A DNA stretch of 64,000 nucleotides from Bacteroidota bacterium (lineage in GTDB: Bacteria; Bacteroidota; Bacteroidia; Flavobacteriales_F; PHOS-HE28): positions 4,416 to 68,415 of the forward strand of contig JAFDZF010000120.1 in the NCBI GenBank assembly GCA_018267055.1. Direction: 5' to 3'. Positions 28,286 through 36,097 of the stretch are shown one piece after another. Every line of letters starts with the position of its first letter. The first letter of the stretch is position 1. Made by a program: the position numbers and the translations under genes. The notes under the pieces are model-generated. The model was given only the letters and a program-made list of their open reading frames with translations. It was not told the origin of the DNA and ran no database searches.

Positions 28286-29635
28286 ATGCCCGCACGCAGG
28301 CCCATCGCGTCCTTCTTCCTCGTGGTGCTCTTCCTGTGCAGCTGGCACCTGGACCACGGGACCAACGCCAACACGATGAGCCGTGCGGCCAGCGTGGCTT
28401 CCCTCGTGGACCGCGGTACGCTCGACATCACGCCCCTGCATGAGCTGACCGGCGACAAAGCCCTGGTGGAAGGACGGTACTACTCGGACAAGGCACCGCT
28501 GCCCACGTTCGTGGTGCTGCCCTTCCATTGGGCCCTGGTGCGGGCGGGCCTGGTGCATCCCGGGGAGCATGGCACGCTCACCTACGGCCTGCTCCGGCTG
28601 GGCGGCTTCCTCTGCGGAAGCCTGCCGCTCGCCGTGCTCATCACGCTGGCATGGACCGAACTGCGCCGCAGCCGGCGGCCGCTCCCCTTGAACGCGGCGC
28701 TCCTCGCGGCGCTGCCACTGCTCGGTTCCTTCTTCTTCGTCTACAGCGGCAGTTTCTACAACCACCTGCCCGGTGCGCTGTTCGCGGTGCTGGGGGCGCG
28801 GTGCATGCAGCGCGATCGGCCGCTGGAGGCCGGCCTGTGGGGAAGCGCGGCCTTCCTCTGCGAATCGGTGGCCTTGCTGCTGCCGGTGGTGTGGGCGGTC
28901 CGGGCGGCCCTCGCGTGGCGGTGGAAGGCGGTGGGCGCGATCGCGATCGGCGTGCTTCCGGGGCTGATCGGGGCGGCGCTGTACAACCTCGCTGTGACGG
29001 GCGATCCGCTGGTCTTCCCCAATGCGTTCGCCGCGAACTACACGCCCATGCACCACCAGTACGGTTTCGGCACCTGGCAGCCGCGGGCCTTCCCGGGCCT
29101 GCTCGTCAGCGACTACCGCGGGCTGCTGTTCTACATGCCGGCGCTCGTGGTGGCGCTGTGGACCCTGCCGCGGTTGGGGGCGAGGGGCTTGCTGCGCGAC
29201 CCGTATGTGTTGCCGGCCCTGCTGACCATCGCGGCCTTCCTCACCCACGCCACCTGGTGGGGCGGCTGGACCTATGGCCCCCGGTACCTGATGGCGGCAG
29301 CGGCCCTGCTGTTCTTCGCTATGCTGCCGCTGCTGCAGGACCGGCCGCTCGAGCGCTGGTCGCTGGCCGGCCTGAGCGCCTTCGGCCTGGTCTGCGCGGT
29401 GGCTGCGAAGTCCACCGTCGGCTATTCATTGCCCACGGAAGTGCCGCATCCGCTGTTCACGCGCGTGTTCCCCGCGGTGGCGCGCGGGGAGTGGAGCATG
29501 GCCCAGTGGCCGGTGCTCCTGGGCCTTCCGCCGGTCATCGCGTGCCTGCTGTTCCTGGTGGCCCTTGTCGTGGGCCTTGTCCTCCTTGTCCGCATCGATC
29601 GATCCGTGGCCCATGCACCTGTTCCATTGCCCTGA
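28286..29635 (+). CDS. polytopic membrane protein, GT-C-fold (ArnT/PMT-like) putative glycosyltransferase
   Basis: ATG 28286. There are more than 10 predicted TM helices. The first periplasmic loop has YYSDKAPLPTF, similar to GT-C loop motifs. The function is inferred weakly. Confidence 0.5.
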   Translation: MPARRPIASFFLVVLFLCSWHLDHGTNANTMSRAASVASLVDRGTLDITPLHELTGDKALVEGRYYSDKAPLPTFVVLPFHWALVRAGLVHPGEHGTLTYGLLRLGGFLCGSLPLAVLITLAWTELRRSRRPLPLNAALLAALPLLGSFFFVYSGSFYNHLPGALFAVLGARCMQRDRPLEAGLWGSAAFLCESVALLLPVVWAVRAALAWRWKAVGAIAIGVLPGLIGAALYNLAVTGDPLVFPNAFAANYTPMHHQYGFGTWQPRAFPGLLVSDYRGLLFYMPALVVALWTLPRLGARGLLRDPYVLPALLTIAAFLTHATWWGGWTYGPRYLMAAAALLFFAMLPLLQDRPLERWSLAGLSAFGLVCAVAAKSTVGYSLPTEVPHPLFTRVFPAVARGEWSMAQWPVLLGLPPVIACLLFLVALVVGLVLLVRIDRSVAHAPVPLP

Positions 29636-30326
29636 CCTGACGAACGACCTGGCCGTGCTCCCCGAGGAGGAGGCCCACCACGCCGTGCACGTCCTGCGGC
29701 TGCGCGCGGGCGATCGCATCGGGCTGCTGGACGGCCGGGGCACGCGGGCCGAAGGGGTGCTGGTGGAGGCTTCCAAGCGCGGGTGCACGGCGCGGGTCGA
29801 TGCGCGGACGGTCGTCCCGGCGGACCCCGCGGGGCACATCCACCTGGCGGTGGCGCCCACCAAGCAGATGGAGCGCTTCGAGTGGTTCCTGGAGAAGGCC
29901 ACGGAGATCGGCGTGGGGCGCATCATCCCGCTGCTCACTGCGCGCACCGAGCGGTCGCGCCTGCGCACCGACCGGATGGAACGCATCCTCCTCAGCGCGA
30001 TGAAGCAGAGCCAGCGCACCTGGCTGCCGCACCTGGACGCCCCGATGGCCTTGGCGGACGTGGCCCGGCTCGGCACCGCCCAGAGGTTCTTCGGCTGGTG
30101 CGAAGGCGAGCATCGCGCGTTCAGCACGGCCTACGATCCCACGCGTGACGCCCTGATGCTGATCGGTCCGGAGGGGGATTTCACCACGGAGGAGGCCGAT
30201 CGGCTGCGCGCCAGCGGCTTCGTGGCGGTCTCGCTCGGCGCGGCCCGCCTGCGCACGGAGACGGCCGCCGTGGCGGCCTGCGCGTGGATGGACCTGGCGG
30301 GGCAGGGAGGCGTGGGGAAAACCTGA
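29613..30326 (+). CDS. rsmE: 16S rRNA (uracil1498-N3)-methyltransferase RsmE
   Basis: MHLFHCPDL...EEAHHAVHVLRLRAGD (PUA-like N-domain). The SPOUT C-domain has LMLIGPEGDFTTEE...LGAARLRTETAA. It overlaps the upstream gene by 23 nt. Confidence 0.85.
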   Translation: MHLFHCPDLTNDLAVLPEEEAHHAVHVLRLRAGDRIGLLDGRGTRAEGVLVEASKRGCTARVDARTVVPADPAGHIHLAVAPTKQMERFEWFLEKATEIGVGRIIPLLTARTERSRLRTDRMERILLSAMKQSQRTWLPHLDAPMALADVARLGTAQRFFGWCEGEHRAFSTAYDPTRDALMLIGPEGDFTTEEADRLRASGFVAVSLGAARLRTETAAVAACAWMDLAGQGGVGKT

Positions 30327-30337
30327 TCTTTGTGCCC

Positions 30338-30997
30338 ATGCGGCCTGCGCTCCTCCTGTTCGTCCTGTCCCTGCTGCCTGCCGTGGCGTCCGCCCAGGGC
30401 ACCTTCCAGTTCGCGGTGCTCAAGTACAACGGGGGCGGTGACTGGTACGCCAACCCCACGGCCGTGCCCAACCTGGTGAAGTATTGCAACACCCAGCTCG
30501 GCATGGCCATCGATCCCGATGTGCCGAACGTGGACGTGGGCAGCCCCGACATCTTCACCTACCCCTGGCTCGATGCCACCGGCCATGGCAACATCACCTT
30601 CAGCGCGCAGGAGGCCGAGAACCTCCGCAACTACCTCATCGGCGGCGGCTTCCTGCACGTGAGCGACAACTACGGCATCGACAAGTTCCTGCGGCCCGCG
30701 ATGAAGAAGGTGTTCCCCGAGCTCGAGTTCGTGGAGCTGCCCTTCGCCCACGCCATCTACCACCAGCGGTTCGACTTCCCCAAGGGCCTGCCGAAGATCC
30801 ACGAGCACGACGGGAAGCCCGCCCAGGGTTTCGGCCTCATCTGGGAGGGACGCCTCGTCTGCTTCTACGACTACGAATGCGACCTCGGCGATGGCTGGGA
30901 GGACCCGGACGTCCACGGCGACAACCCCGAGCTGCGCACCAAGGCCCTGCAGATGGGGGCGAACCTGGTGCAGTACGTCTTCTCAGGGAACGAATAG
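30338..30997 (+). CDS. DUF4159 domain-containing secreted protein
   Basis: ATG 30338 gives MRPALLLFVLSLLPAVASAQ. FQFAVLKYNGGGDWYANPTA... and GGFLHVSDNYG match the DUF4159 pattern as I recall it. Confidence 0.65.
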   Translation: MRPALLLFVLSLLPAVASAQGTFQFAVLKYNGGGDWYANPTAVPNLVKYCNTQLGMAIDPDVPNVDVGSPDIFTYPWLDATGHGNITFSAQEAENLRNYLIGGGFLHVSDNYGIDKFLRPAMKKVFPELEFVELPFAHAIYHQRFDFPKGLPKIHEHDGKPAQGFGLIWEGRLVCFYDYECDLGDGWEDPDVHGDNPELRTKALQMGANLVQYVFSGNE

Positions 30998-31099
30998 CTA
31001 CGAGCTCCGAGCCGTGAGCTCCGGCCGCGGTCGATGGCCGCGTTCAAGCTCGAGGCTCAAGGCTGGCGGCCCGAAGCCGTGCGCAAGCTTGTGCGTGGA

Positions 31100-31837
31100 T
31101 TACTTATTGAGCTTCACCACGCGTTTCCGCGCCTTCATGTTCAGCAGCTCCACGCCGAAGCTGAAGGCCATGGCGAAGTAGGCATAGCCCTTCGGGATGG
31201 TGCTGTGGTGGATCGGCTCCAGGCCCTCGAAAAAGAGCATGAAGCCCACCAGGATCAGGAAGGAGAGGGCGAGCATCTTCAAGGCCGGGTGCTTCTCGAT
31301 GAACGAGCTGATGCCGTTGGCGAAGAAGAACATCACCATCATGGCGATGACCACCGCCGCGATCATGATCTCCACGTGCTTCGCCAGGCCGATCGCCGTC
31401 ACGATGCTGTCGAAGGAGAACACCATGTCCACCAACAGGATCTGGACCACCAGCGCCCCGAAGGCCTTGTTCGCGTCGGCCGGCTTGGCGTGCTCCTCGC
31501 CGCCCTCGAGCTTGGCGTGCACCTCCTTCACCGATTTGTAGAGCAGGAACAGGCCGCCCGCGAACATGATGCAGTTGTGCAGGTTGAAGGGGTAGCCGAG
31601 GACGGTGAACAGCGTGGTCTCCCCGTTCTTCAGCAGCCAGCCCAGGCTCAGCAGCAGGGCGGTGCGCACCAGGATGCCGCCGATCATCCAGATGCGGCGG
31701 GCGCGCAGGCGCTTCTCCTGCGGGATGCGGCCCAGGATGATGCTGACGAAGATGACGTTGTCGATGCCGAGCACGATCTCCAGGACCGCGAGCGTCACCA
31801 GGCTGATGAGGGAACCGAGGGTGAAGAGGTCTTCCAT
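31100..31837 (-). CDS. TerC-family integral membrane protein
   Basis: LEIVLGIDNVIFVSII and LVDMVFSFDSIVTAIG are paired TerC motifs. About 7 TM helices. Confidence 0.88.
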   Translation of the reverse strand: MEDLFTLGSLISLVTLAVLEIVLGIDNVIFVSIILGRIPQEKRLRARRIWMIGGILVRTALLLSLGWLLKNGETTLFTVLGYPFNLHNCIMFAGGLFLLYKSVKEVHAKLEGGEEHAKPADANKAFGALVVQILLVDMVFSFDSIVTAIGLAKHVEIMIAAVVIAMMVMFFFANGISSFIEKHPALKMLALSFLILVGFMLFFEGLEPIHHSTIPKGYAYFAMAFSFGVELLNMKARKRVVKLNK

Positions 31838-31865
31838 GCGGAGCGAACAGGTCCGCGAAGATGCG

Positions 31866-32522
31866 TCAGCGCGCCGGATCCGGGACCAGGATGGTGCGCA
31901 GCGCCCGGGACACCTCGGCGGCCCGCGTGATCACCATGATGTGGGTGCCGCCCGCGATCCGGTGGTCCACCGGGAAGCGCAGCGGGATCACCAGGTCCCG
32001 GTCGCCGTGGATCCGCGCGATCGGGCCGGTCCACCGCGAGCCCGGCCACGCCAGGATGGCTCCCACGCCCCGCCGGATCTTCGCCGCGGTCTGCTCCACG
32101 GCCATGTGGTAGAGCAGCCGGTCGATGGCGCGGTCGCGCCGGCCCAGCATGCGCTTGAACGGCCAGGTGGCCCAGAGCGAGAAGCGGTTGATGGTCCACA
32201 GCGGCCGCAGCCGCGCGTTCAGCCGGACGAACGGTGGCCATTCCTGCGGTCCGGTCCAGGAGGAGATCAGCACCACCCGCTCGGGCCGGGTGAGCAGGGC
32301 CAGCTCCTGCGCCACCATGCCGCCCATGCTGACGCCCACGAGCACGTGCGGCCGGGTCGTGTCCACCTGCGCATGCATCGCCCGGGCGATGCCCGCCAGC
32401 GTGCAGCCCTTCGGGAAGTCCGGCCAGTCGAGCATCACCACGTCCAGCCCGTCCAGCGTGAGCCGCTCGAACAGCCGGTGGTCGCAGCCGATGCCGGGGA
32501 GGAGGTAGGTCCGTGGGGGCAT
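31866..32522 (-). CDS. alpha/beta hydrolase
   Basis: YLLPGIGCD (HG-like region), GVSMGG nucleophile elbow, and distal HGDRD...GGTH. I prefer ATG 32522 over 32555 because a -7-like box (revcomp TTGTTTTG, 32542-32549) sits between them. Confidence 0.7.
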   Translation of the reverse strand: MPPRTYLLPGIGCDHRLFERLTLDGLDVVMLDWPDFPKGCTLAGIARAMHAQVDTTRPHVLVGVSMGGMVAQELALLTRPERVVLISSWTGPQEWPPFVRLNARLRPLWTINRFSLWATWPFKRMLGRRDRAIDRLLYHMAVEQTAAKIRRGVGAILAWPGSRWTGPIARIHGDRDLVIPLRFPVDHRIAGGTHIMVITRAAEVSRALRTILVPDPAR

Positions 32523-32588
32523 TCTTCCGTGGACGGCCTCGCAAAACAAGCGCATCGCCCGCCGCCGATGCCGGTCGGAGCGCGATCG

Positions 32589-34124
32589 CTACTGCATCCC
32601 GCGCACGAAGGCCAGGGCCTCTTCCATCAGCTCGTGCATCACCACGTCGCGCTGCACGAAGGGCACGCGCTCGCGGAAGGCGGCATGCAGCCGCTCCAGC
32701 ATCGGGGAGCTTTTGGCCGGTCGCCGGAGCTCCAGGGCCTGCGCGGCGTTCAGGAGCTCGATCGCCAGGATGCGCTCCACATCGTGCACCACGGCCCAGG
32801 TCTTGATCGCCGCGGCCGCTCCCATGCTCACGTGGTCCTCCTGGCCGTTGCTGCTGTCGATGGTGTCCACGCTGTTGGGCATGCACCGCTGCTTGTTCGC
32901 GCTCACCAGGGAGGCCGCGGTGTACTGCGGGATCATGAAGCCGCTGTTCAGGCCGGGCTCGGCCACCAGGAAGGCCGGCAGCCCACGCTGCCCGCTGATG
33001 AGCTTGTACACCCGCCGCTCGCTGATGCTGCCCAGCTCCGCCACGGCGATGGCGAGGAAGTCCAGCGCCAGGCCCAACGGCTGCCCATGGAAGTTGCCCG
33101 CGCTGATCACCAGGTCCTCGTCGTCGAACACCGTGGGGTTGTCGGTCACCGCTTCCAGTTCCCGCTCCACCACGCGTTCCACGTAGGCGATGGCGTCCCG
33201 TGAGGCGCCATGCACCTGCGGGATGCAGCGGAACGAGTAGGGGTCCTGCACGTGCGGCTTCGGGCGGCGGATAAGGGCGCTGCCCTGCAACAGCTGGCGC
33301 ATCCGGCCGGCCACCACGGCCTGCCCGGGGTGGGGACGCACCGCGTGCACCGAGGCATGGAACGGCTCGATGCGGCCGTCGAAGGCGTCCAGCGACAGCG
33401 CGCCGATGGTGTCGGCCAGGTCGGCCAGGTGCGTGGCCTTCAGCGTCAGCAGGGCCGCATAGGCGTTCATGAACTGGGTGCCGTTCAGCAGCGCGAGGCC
33501 TTCCTTGGGACCCAGCTCCAGCGGCGCCCATCCCTGCTTCTTCAGTGCTTGCGCGGCGGGCATGCGCTTCCCGTCCACGGTCACTTCGCCCAGGCCCAGC
33601 AGGGGCAGGCAGAGGTGGGCCAGGGGGGCCAGGTCGCCCGAGGCGCCGAGCGATCCACGCTCGTACACCACCGGCAGCACATCGGCATTGTACAGGTCGA
33701 TGAGGCGCTGCACCGTGGCGGGGGCCACCGCGCTATGCCCGAAGGCCATGTTCTGCACCTTCAGCACCAGCATGGCGCGCACGATGTCGGCCGGCACGGG
33801 ATCGCCGCTGCCGCAGGCGTGGCTCATCACCAGGTTGCGCTGGAGCTGCGCCAGGTCGGCCTTCGGGATGCGCTTGTCGTACAGCGAGCCGAAGCCCGTG
33901 TTCACGCCATAGATCGGGGAATCGTCGTTCTTGAGGCGGTCGCGCAGGTAGGCATGGCTGCGCTTCACGGCGGCCCTGGCCTCTTTCCCGAGGGTGACGG
34001 GGCGGCGCTCGCGCAGGATCGTGCCGAGCTCCTGGAGGGTGGGCCCGATGGTGCTGATCACGTGGGGTTTCGGAGGCATGGATAGGGTCTGCTGTTCGTG
34101 GGCCTGCGCAATGGCCGTGTTCAT
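32589..34124 (-). CDS. hutH: histidine ammonia-lyase
   Basis: GASGDLAPLAHL (MIO-forming ASG), GVNTGFG, and the LVMSHACG Ser-His selectivity pair typical of HAL rather than PAL/TAL. Confidence 0.92.
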   Translation of the reverse strand: MNTAIAQAHEQQTLSMPPKPHVISTIGPTLQELGTILRERRPVTLGKEARAAVKRSHAYLRDRLKNDDSPIYGVNTGFGSLYDKRIPKADLAQLQRNLVMSHACGSGDPVPADIVRAMLVLKVQNMAFGHSAVAPATVQRLIDLYNADVLPVVYERGSLGASGDLAPLAHLCLPLLGLGEVTVDGKRMPAAQALKKQGWAPLELGPKEGLALLNGTQFMNAYAALLTLKATHLADLADTIGALSLDAFDGRIEPFHASVHAVRPHPGQAVVAGRMRQLLQGSALIRRPKPHVQDPYSFRCIPQVHGASRDAIAYVERVVERELEAVTDNPTVFDDEDLVISAGNFHGQPLGLALDFLAIAVAELGSISERRVYKLISGQRGLPAFLVAEPGLNSGFMIPQYTAASLVSANKQRCMPNSVDTIDSSNGQEDHVSMGAAAAIKTWAVVHDVERILAIELLNAAQALELRRPAKSSPMLERLHAAFRERVPFVQRDVVMHELMEEALAFVRGMQ

Positions 34125-34564
34125 TCCTCGATCGCTTCGATGCCGCGCGCTTTGAGCCGTTCGAGGTGGTCCTTCATGGCCTGGAGCTGTTCGGTGGGAT
34201 GCCCTTCCCAGCCCAGGACCTCGCCGGTGACGCGCACCGCATCGCGCGTGCGGTACGACTTCGTCGGGTTGCCGGGGAACTTCTTGTCCGTGAGGTTGGG
34301 GTCGTCCTCGATCGGGCCGGTGGGTTCCACGGTGTAGATCCTTCCAGGGCCTTCACCCACGGCCAGTTCGGCGCCCCAGGTCGCGGCGTCCAACGTGGCG
34401 CTGAGATACACGAACAAGGCCTTCTTTCGGCTGCCGTAGTTCGAGCGGAACCCGGGGGCGATCAGATCGCCCGGCCGAAGGTCGGCCTTCGTGCCATGGT
34501 AGAAGAGCGGCGGGTCCTGTCCGGGCCCAGGGCCAGAGGGGAAAGGCGGGTCGGGATGGGCCAT
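34121..34564 (-). CDS. arr: NAD+-dependent rifampin ADP-ribosyltransferase (Arr) homologue
   Basis: FYHGTKADLRPGDLI.PG..SNYG, YLSATLDAATWGAELA.GEG.GRIY.VEPTGP.EDDPNLT.KKFPGNPT.SYR: near-complete Arr family pattern, 147 aa. The stop overlaps the hutH start (ATGA at 34121-34124). Confidence 0.85.
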   Translation of the reverse strand: MAHPDPPFPSGPGPGQDPPLFYHGTKADLRPGDLIAPGFRSNYGSRKKALFVYLSATLDAATWGAELAVGEGPGRIYTVEPTGPIEDDPNLTDKKFPGNPTKSYRTRDAVRVTGEVLGWEGHPTEQLQAMKDHLERLKARGIEAIEE

Positions 34565-34614
34565 GGGGTCAAGTCGTCAGGGGCCGGTCACCGGGCCATG
34601 GGGTTCTGGGACGG

Positions 34615-35994
34615 TCATGCGAGCGCGGCCAAGAGGTCCTCCTGCTTCACGGCTTTCTGCTCGCCGCTCTTCATGTCCTTCACGGTCACGATGCCCTGCT
34701 TCAGTTCGTTCTCGCCGATGATGGCTACGTACGGGATGCCCTTGGCGTCGGCGTAGCTGAACTGCTTGCCCATCTTCGCGGCATCGGGGTACAGCTCGGC
34801 GGCGAGGCCGGCCGTGCGGACCTGGCGCAGCAGGGCCAGGCAGTGGAGGGCCTCCGCTTCGCCGAAGTTGGCGAAGAGCACCCGGGTGCTGCCGCCCAGC
34901 GCGGCGGGGAACTTGCCGGTCTCCAGCAGCACATCGTAGATGCGGTCGGCACCGAAGCTGATGCCCACGCCGCTCATGTGCTTGAGGCCGAAGATGCCCG
35001 TGAGGTCATCGTAGCGGCCGCCGCCGCAGATGCTGCTGCCCAGCGTGCCCTCGAGCGCCTTCACCTCGAAGATGGCGCCGGTGTAGTAGTCCAGGCCGCG
35101 TGCCAGGGTGGGGTCGAACTCCAGCCGGGCGTTGCGCATGGCGCCCACGGCGTTGAACACGGTGTCGAGGTCCTTCAGGCCCTGCTGCGCGATGGGCGAG
35201 GCGGCCAGCCACTGCTCCAGCTGCGGGCGCTGCTCGGTCCAGGTGCCCGAGAGGGCGAACAGCGGGGCGATGCGCGCGATGGCCTCGTCGGTGATGCCCT
35301 TGGCGCGCATCTCGTCCTCCACCTTCTCCCGGCCGATCTTGTCCAGCTTGTCGATGGCGGTCACCAGGTCGACCACCTTCTCCGGCTGCCCGCTGATGGC
35401 CGCGATGCCGCTGAGCACCTTGCGGTCGTTGATCTTCACGGCCACCTGGAGGCCGAGCGCCGTGAAGACGTCGTCGAACAGCTGCACCAGCTCGATCTCG
35501 CTCAGGAGCGAGGTGCTGCCGATCACGTCCGCGTCGCACTGGTAGAACTCGCGGTAGCGGCCCTTTTGCGGGCGGTCGGCGCGCCACACCGGCTGGATCT
35601 GGTAGCGCTTGAAGGGGAAGGTGATCTCGTTCTGATGTTGCACCACGTAGCGGGCGAAAGGCACCGTGAGGTCGTAGCGCAGCGCCTTGTCGCTCAATTG
35701 GGCGGCCAGCTTGCCGGGATGCACTTCCTCCCCGGCCTTCAATTGCGCCTTCACGTCGTCGCTCACTTCCTTCCAGGCATCACCGCTGTTGAGCACCTTG
35801 AAGATCAGGCGATCGCCCTCCTCGCCGTACTTGCCGGTGAGCGTGTTCAGGTTCTCCATCGCCGGCGTTTCCAGCGGCAGGTAACCATAGCGCTGGAACA
35901 CGTCCTCGATGGTGCGGAAGATGTACTTGCGGCGCAGCATCTCCTCGGGGGAGAAATCGCGCGTGCCTTTGGGGATGCTGGGCTTGGTGGCCAT
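34615..35994 (-). CDS. hisS: histidine--tRNA ligase
   Basis: ATG 35994 gives MATKPSIPKGTRDFSPEEM. Class II motifs are present (FKRYQIQPVWRADRPQKGRYREFYQCD; GGGRYD) plus a C-terminal anticodon-binding domain. Confidence 0.95.
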   Translation of the reverse strand: MATKPSIPKGTRDFSPEEMLRRKYIFRTIEDVFQRYGYLPLETPAMENLNTLTGKYGEEGDRLIFKVLNSGDAWKEVSDDVKAQLKAGEEVHPGKLAAQLSDKALRYDLTVPFARYVVQHQNEITFPFKRYQIQPVWRADRPQKGRYREFYQCDADVIGSTSLLSEIELVQLFDDVFTALGLQVAVKINDRKVLSGIAAISGQPEKVVDLVTAIDKLDKIGREKVEDEMRAKGITDEAIARIAPLFALSGTWTEQRPQLEQWLAASPIAQQGLKDLDTVFNAVGAMRNARLEFDPTLARGLDYYTGAIFEVKALEGTLGSSICGGGRYDDLTGIFGLKHMSGVGISFGADRIYDVLLETGKFPAALGGSTRVLFANFGEAEALHCLALLRQVRTAGLAAELYPDAAKMGKQFSYADAKGIPYVAIIGENELKQGIVTVKDMKSGEQKAVKQEDLLAALA

Positions 35995-36020
35995 GGGTGC
36001 CTGCCGTTCGACAGGAGGCG

Positions 36021-36028
36021 CGAAAGTA
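36021..36028 (-). promoter_or_regulatory. -7-like box TACTTTCG (revcomp of CGAAAGTA) for hisS
   Basis: It lies 26 nt upstream of the ATG at 35994. Confidence 0.5.
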
Positions 36029-36085
36029 GGCGAGCGTTCCGGGGTGGATGTCACGGCCAGGATGGCCCCGGTCGATCGGGTGCAT

Positions 36086-36093
36086 TATCCTTG
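36086..36093 (+). promoter_or_regulatory. -7-like box TATCCTTG for the PKD/T9SS gene
   Basis: It lies 4 nt upstream of the ATG at 36098. Confidence 0.4.
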
Positions 36094-36097
36094 CCGC

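Noticed and set aside
30998-31099. A cluster of 6-bp palindromes (GAGCTC x2, CCGCGG, CTCGAG, AAGCTT) in 100 nt between the DUF4159 and TerC genes, superficially like a cloning polylinker or structured RNA
   Set aside because: It lies between convergent stops. The short self-complementary GC-rich hexamers are most simply weak terminator hairpins or chance in GC-rich DNA. I could not fold a convincing conserved structure by eye.
31838-31865. A yybP-ykoY (Mn2+) riboswitch, which often precedes TerC-family genes
   Set aside because: Only 28 nt separate the TerC start from the upstream hydrolase stop, which is far too short for that riboswitch. TerC appears co-transcribed with the upstream genes.
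34121-34564. arr as part of a mobile resistance cassette (integron or transposon)
   Set aside because: There is no attC-like palindrome, integrase, IS end or compositional break. The gene overlaps hutH by 4 nt and matches the local GC-rich codon usage, so it looks chromosomally fixed.
35995-36097. A T-box or histidine-responsive leader upstream of hisS
   Set aside because: The spacer is 103 nt and is shared with a divergent promoter. The -7-like box lies 26 nt from the ATG, leaving no room for a T-box, and T-boxes are not expected in Bacteroidota.
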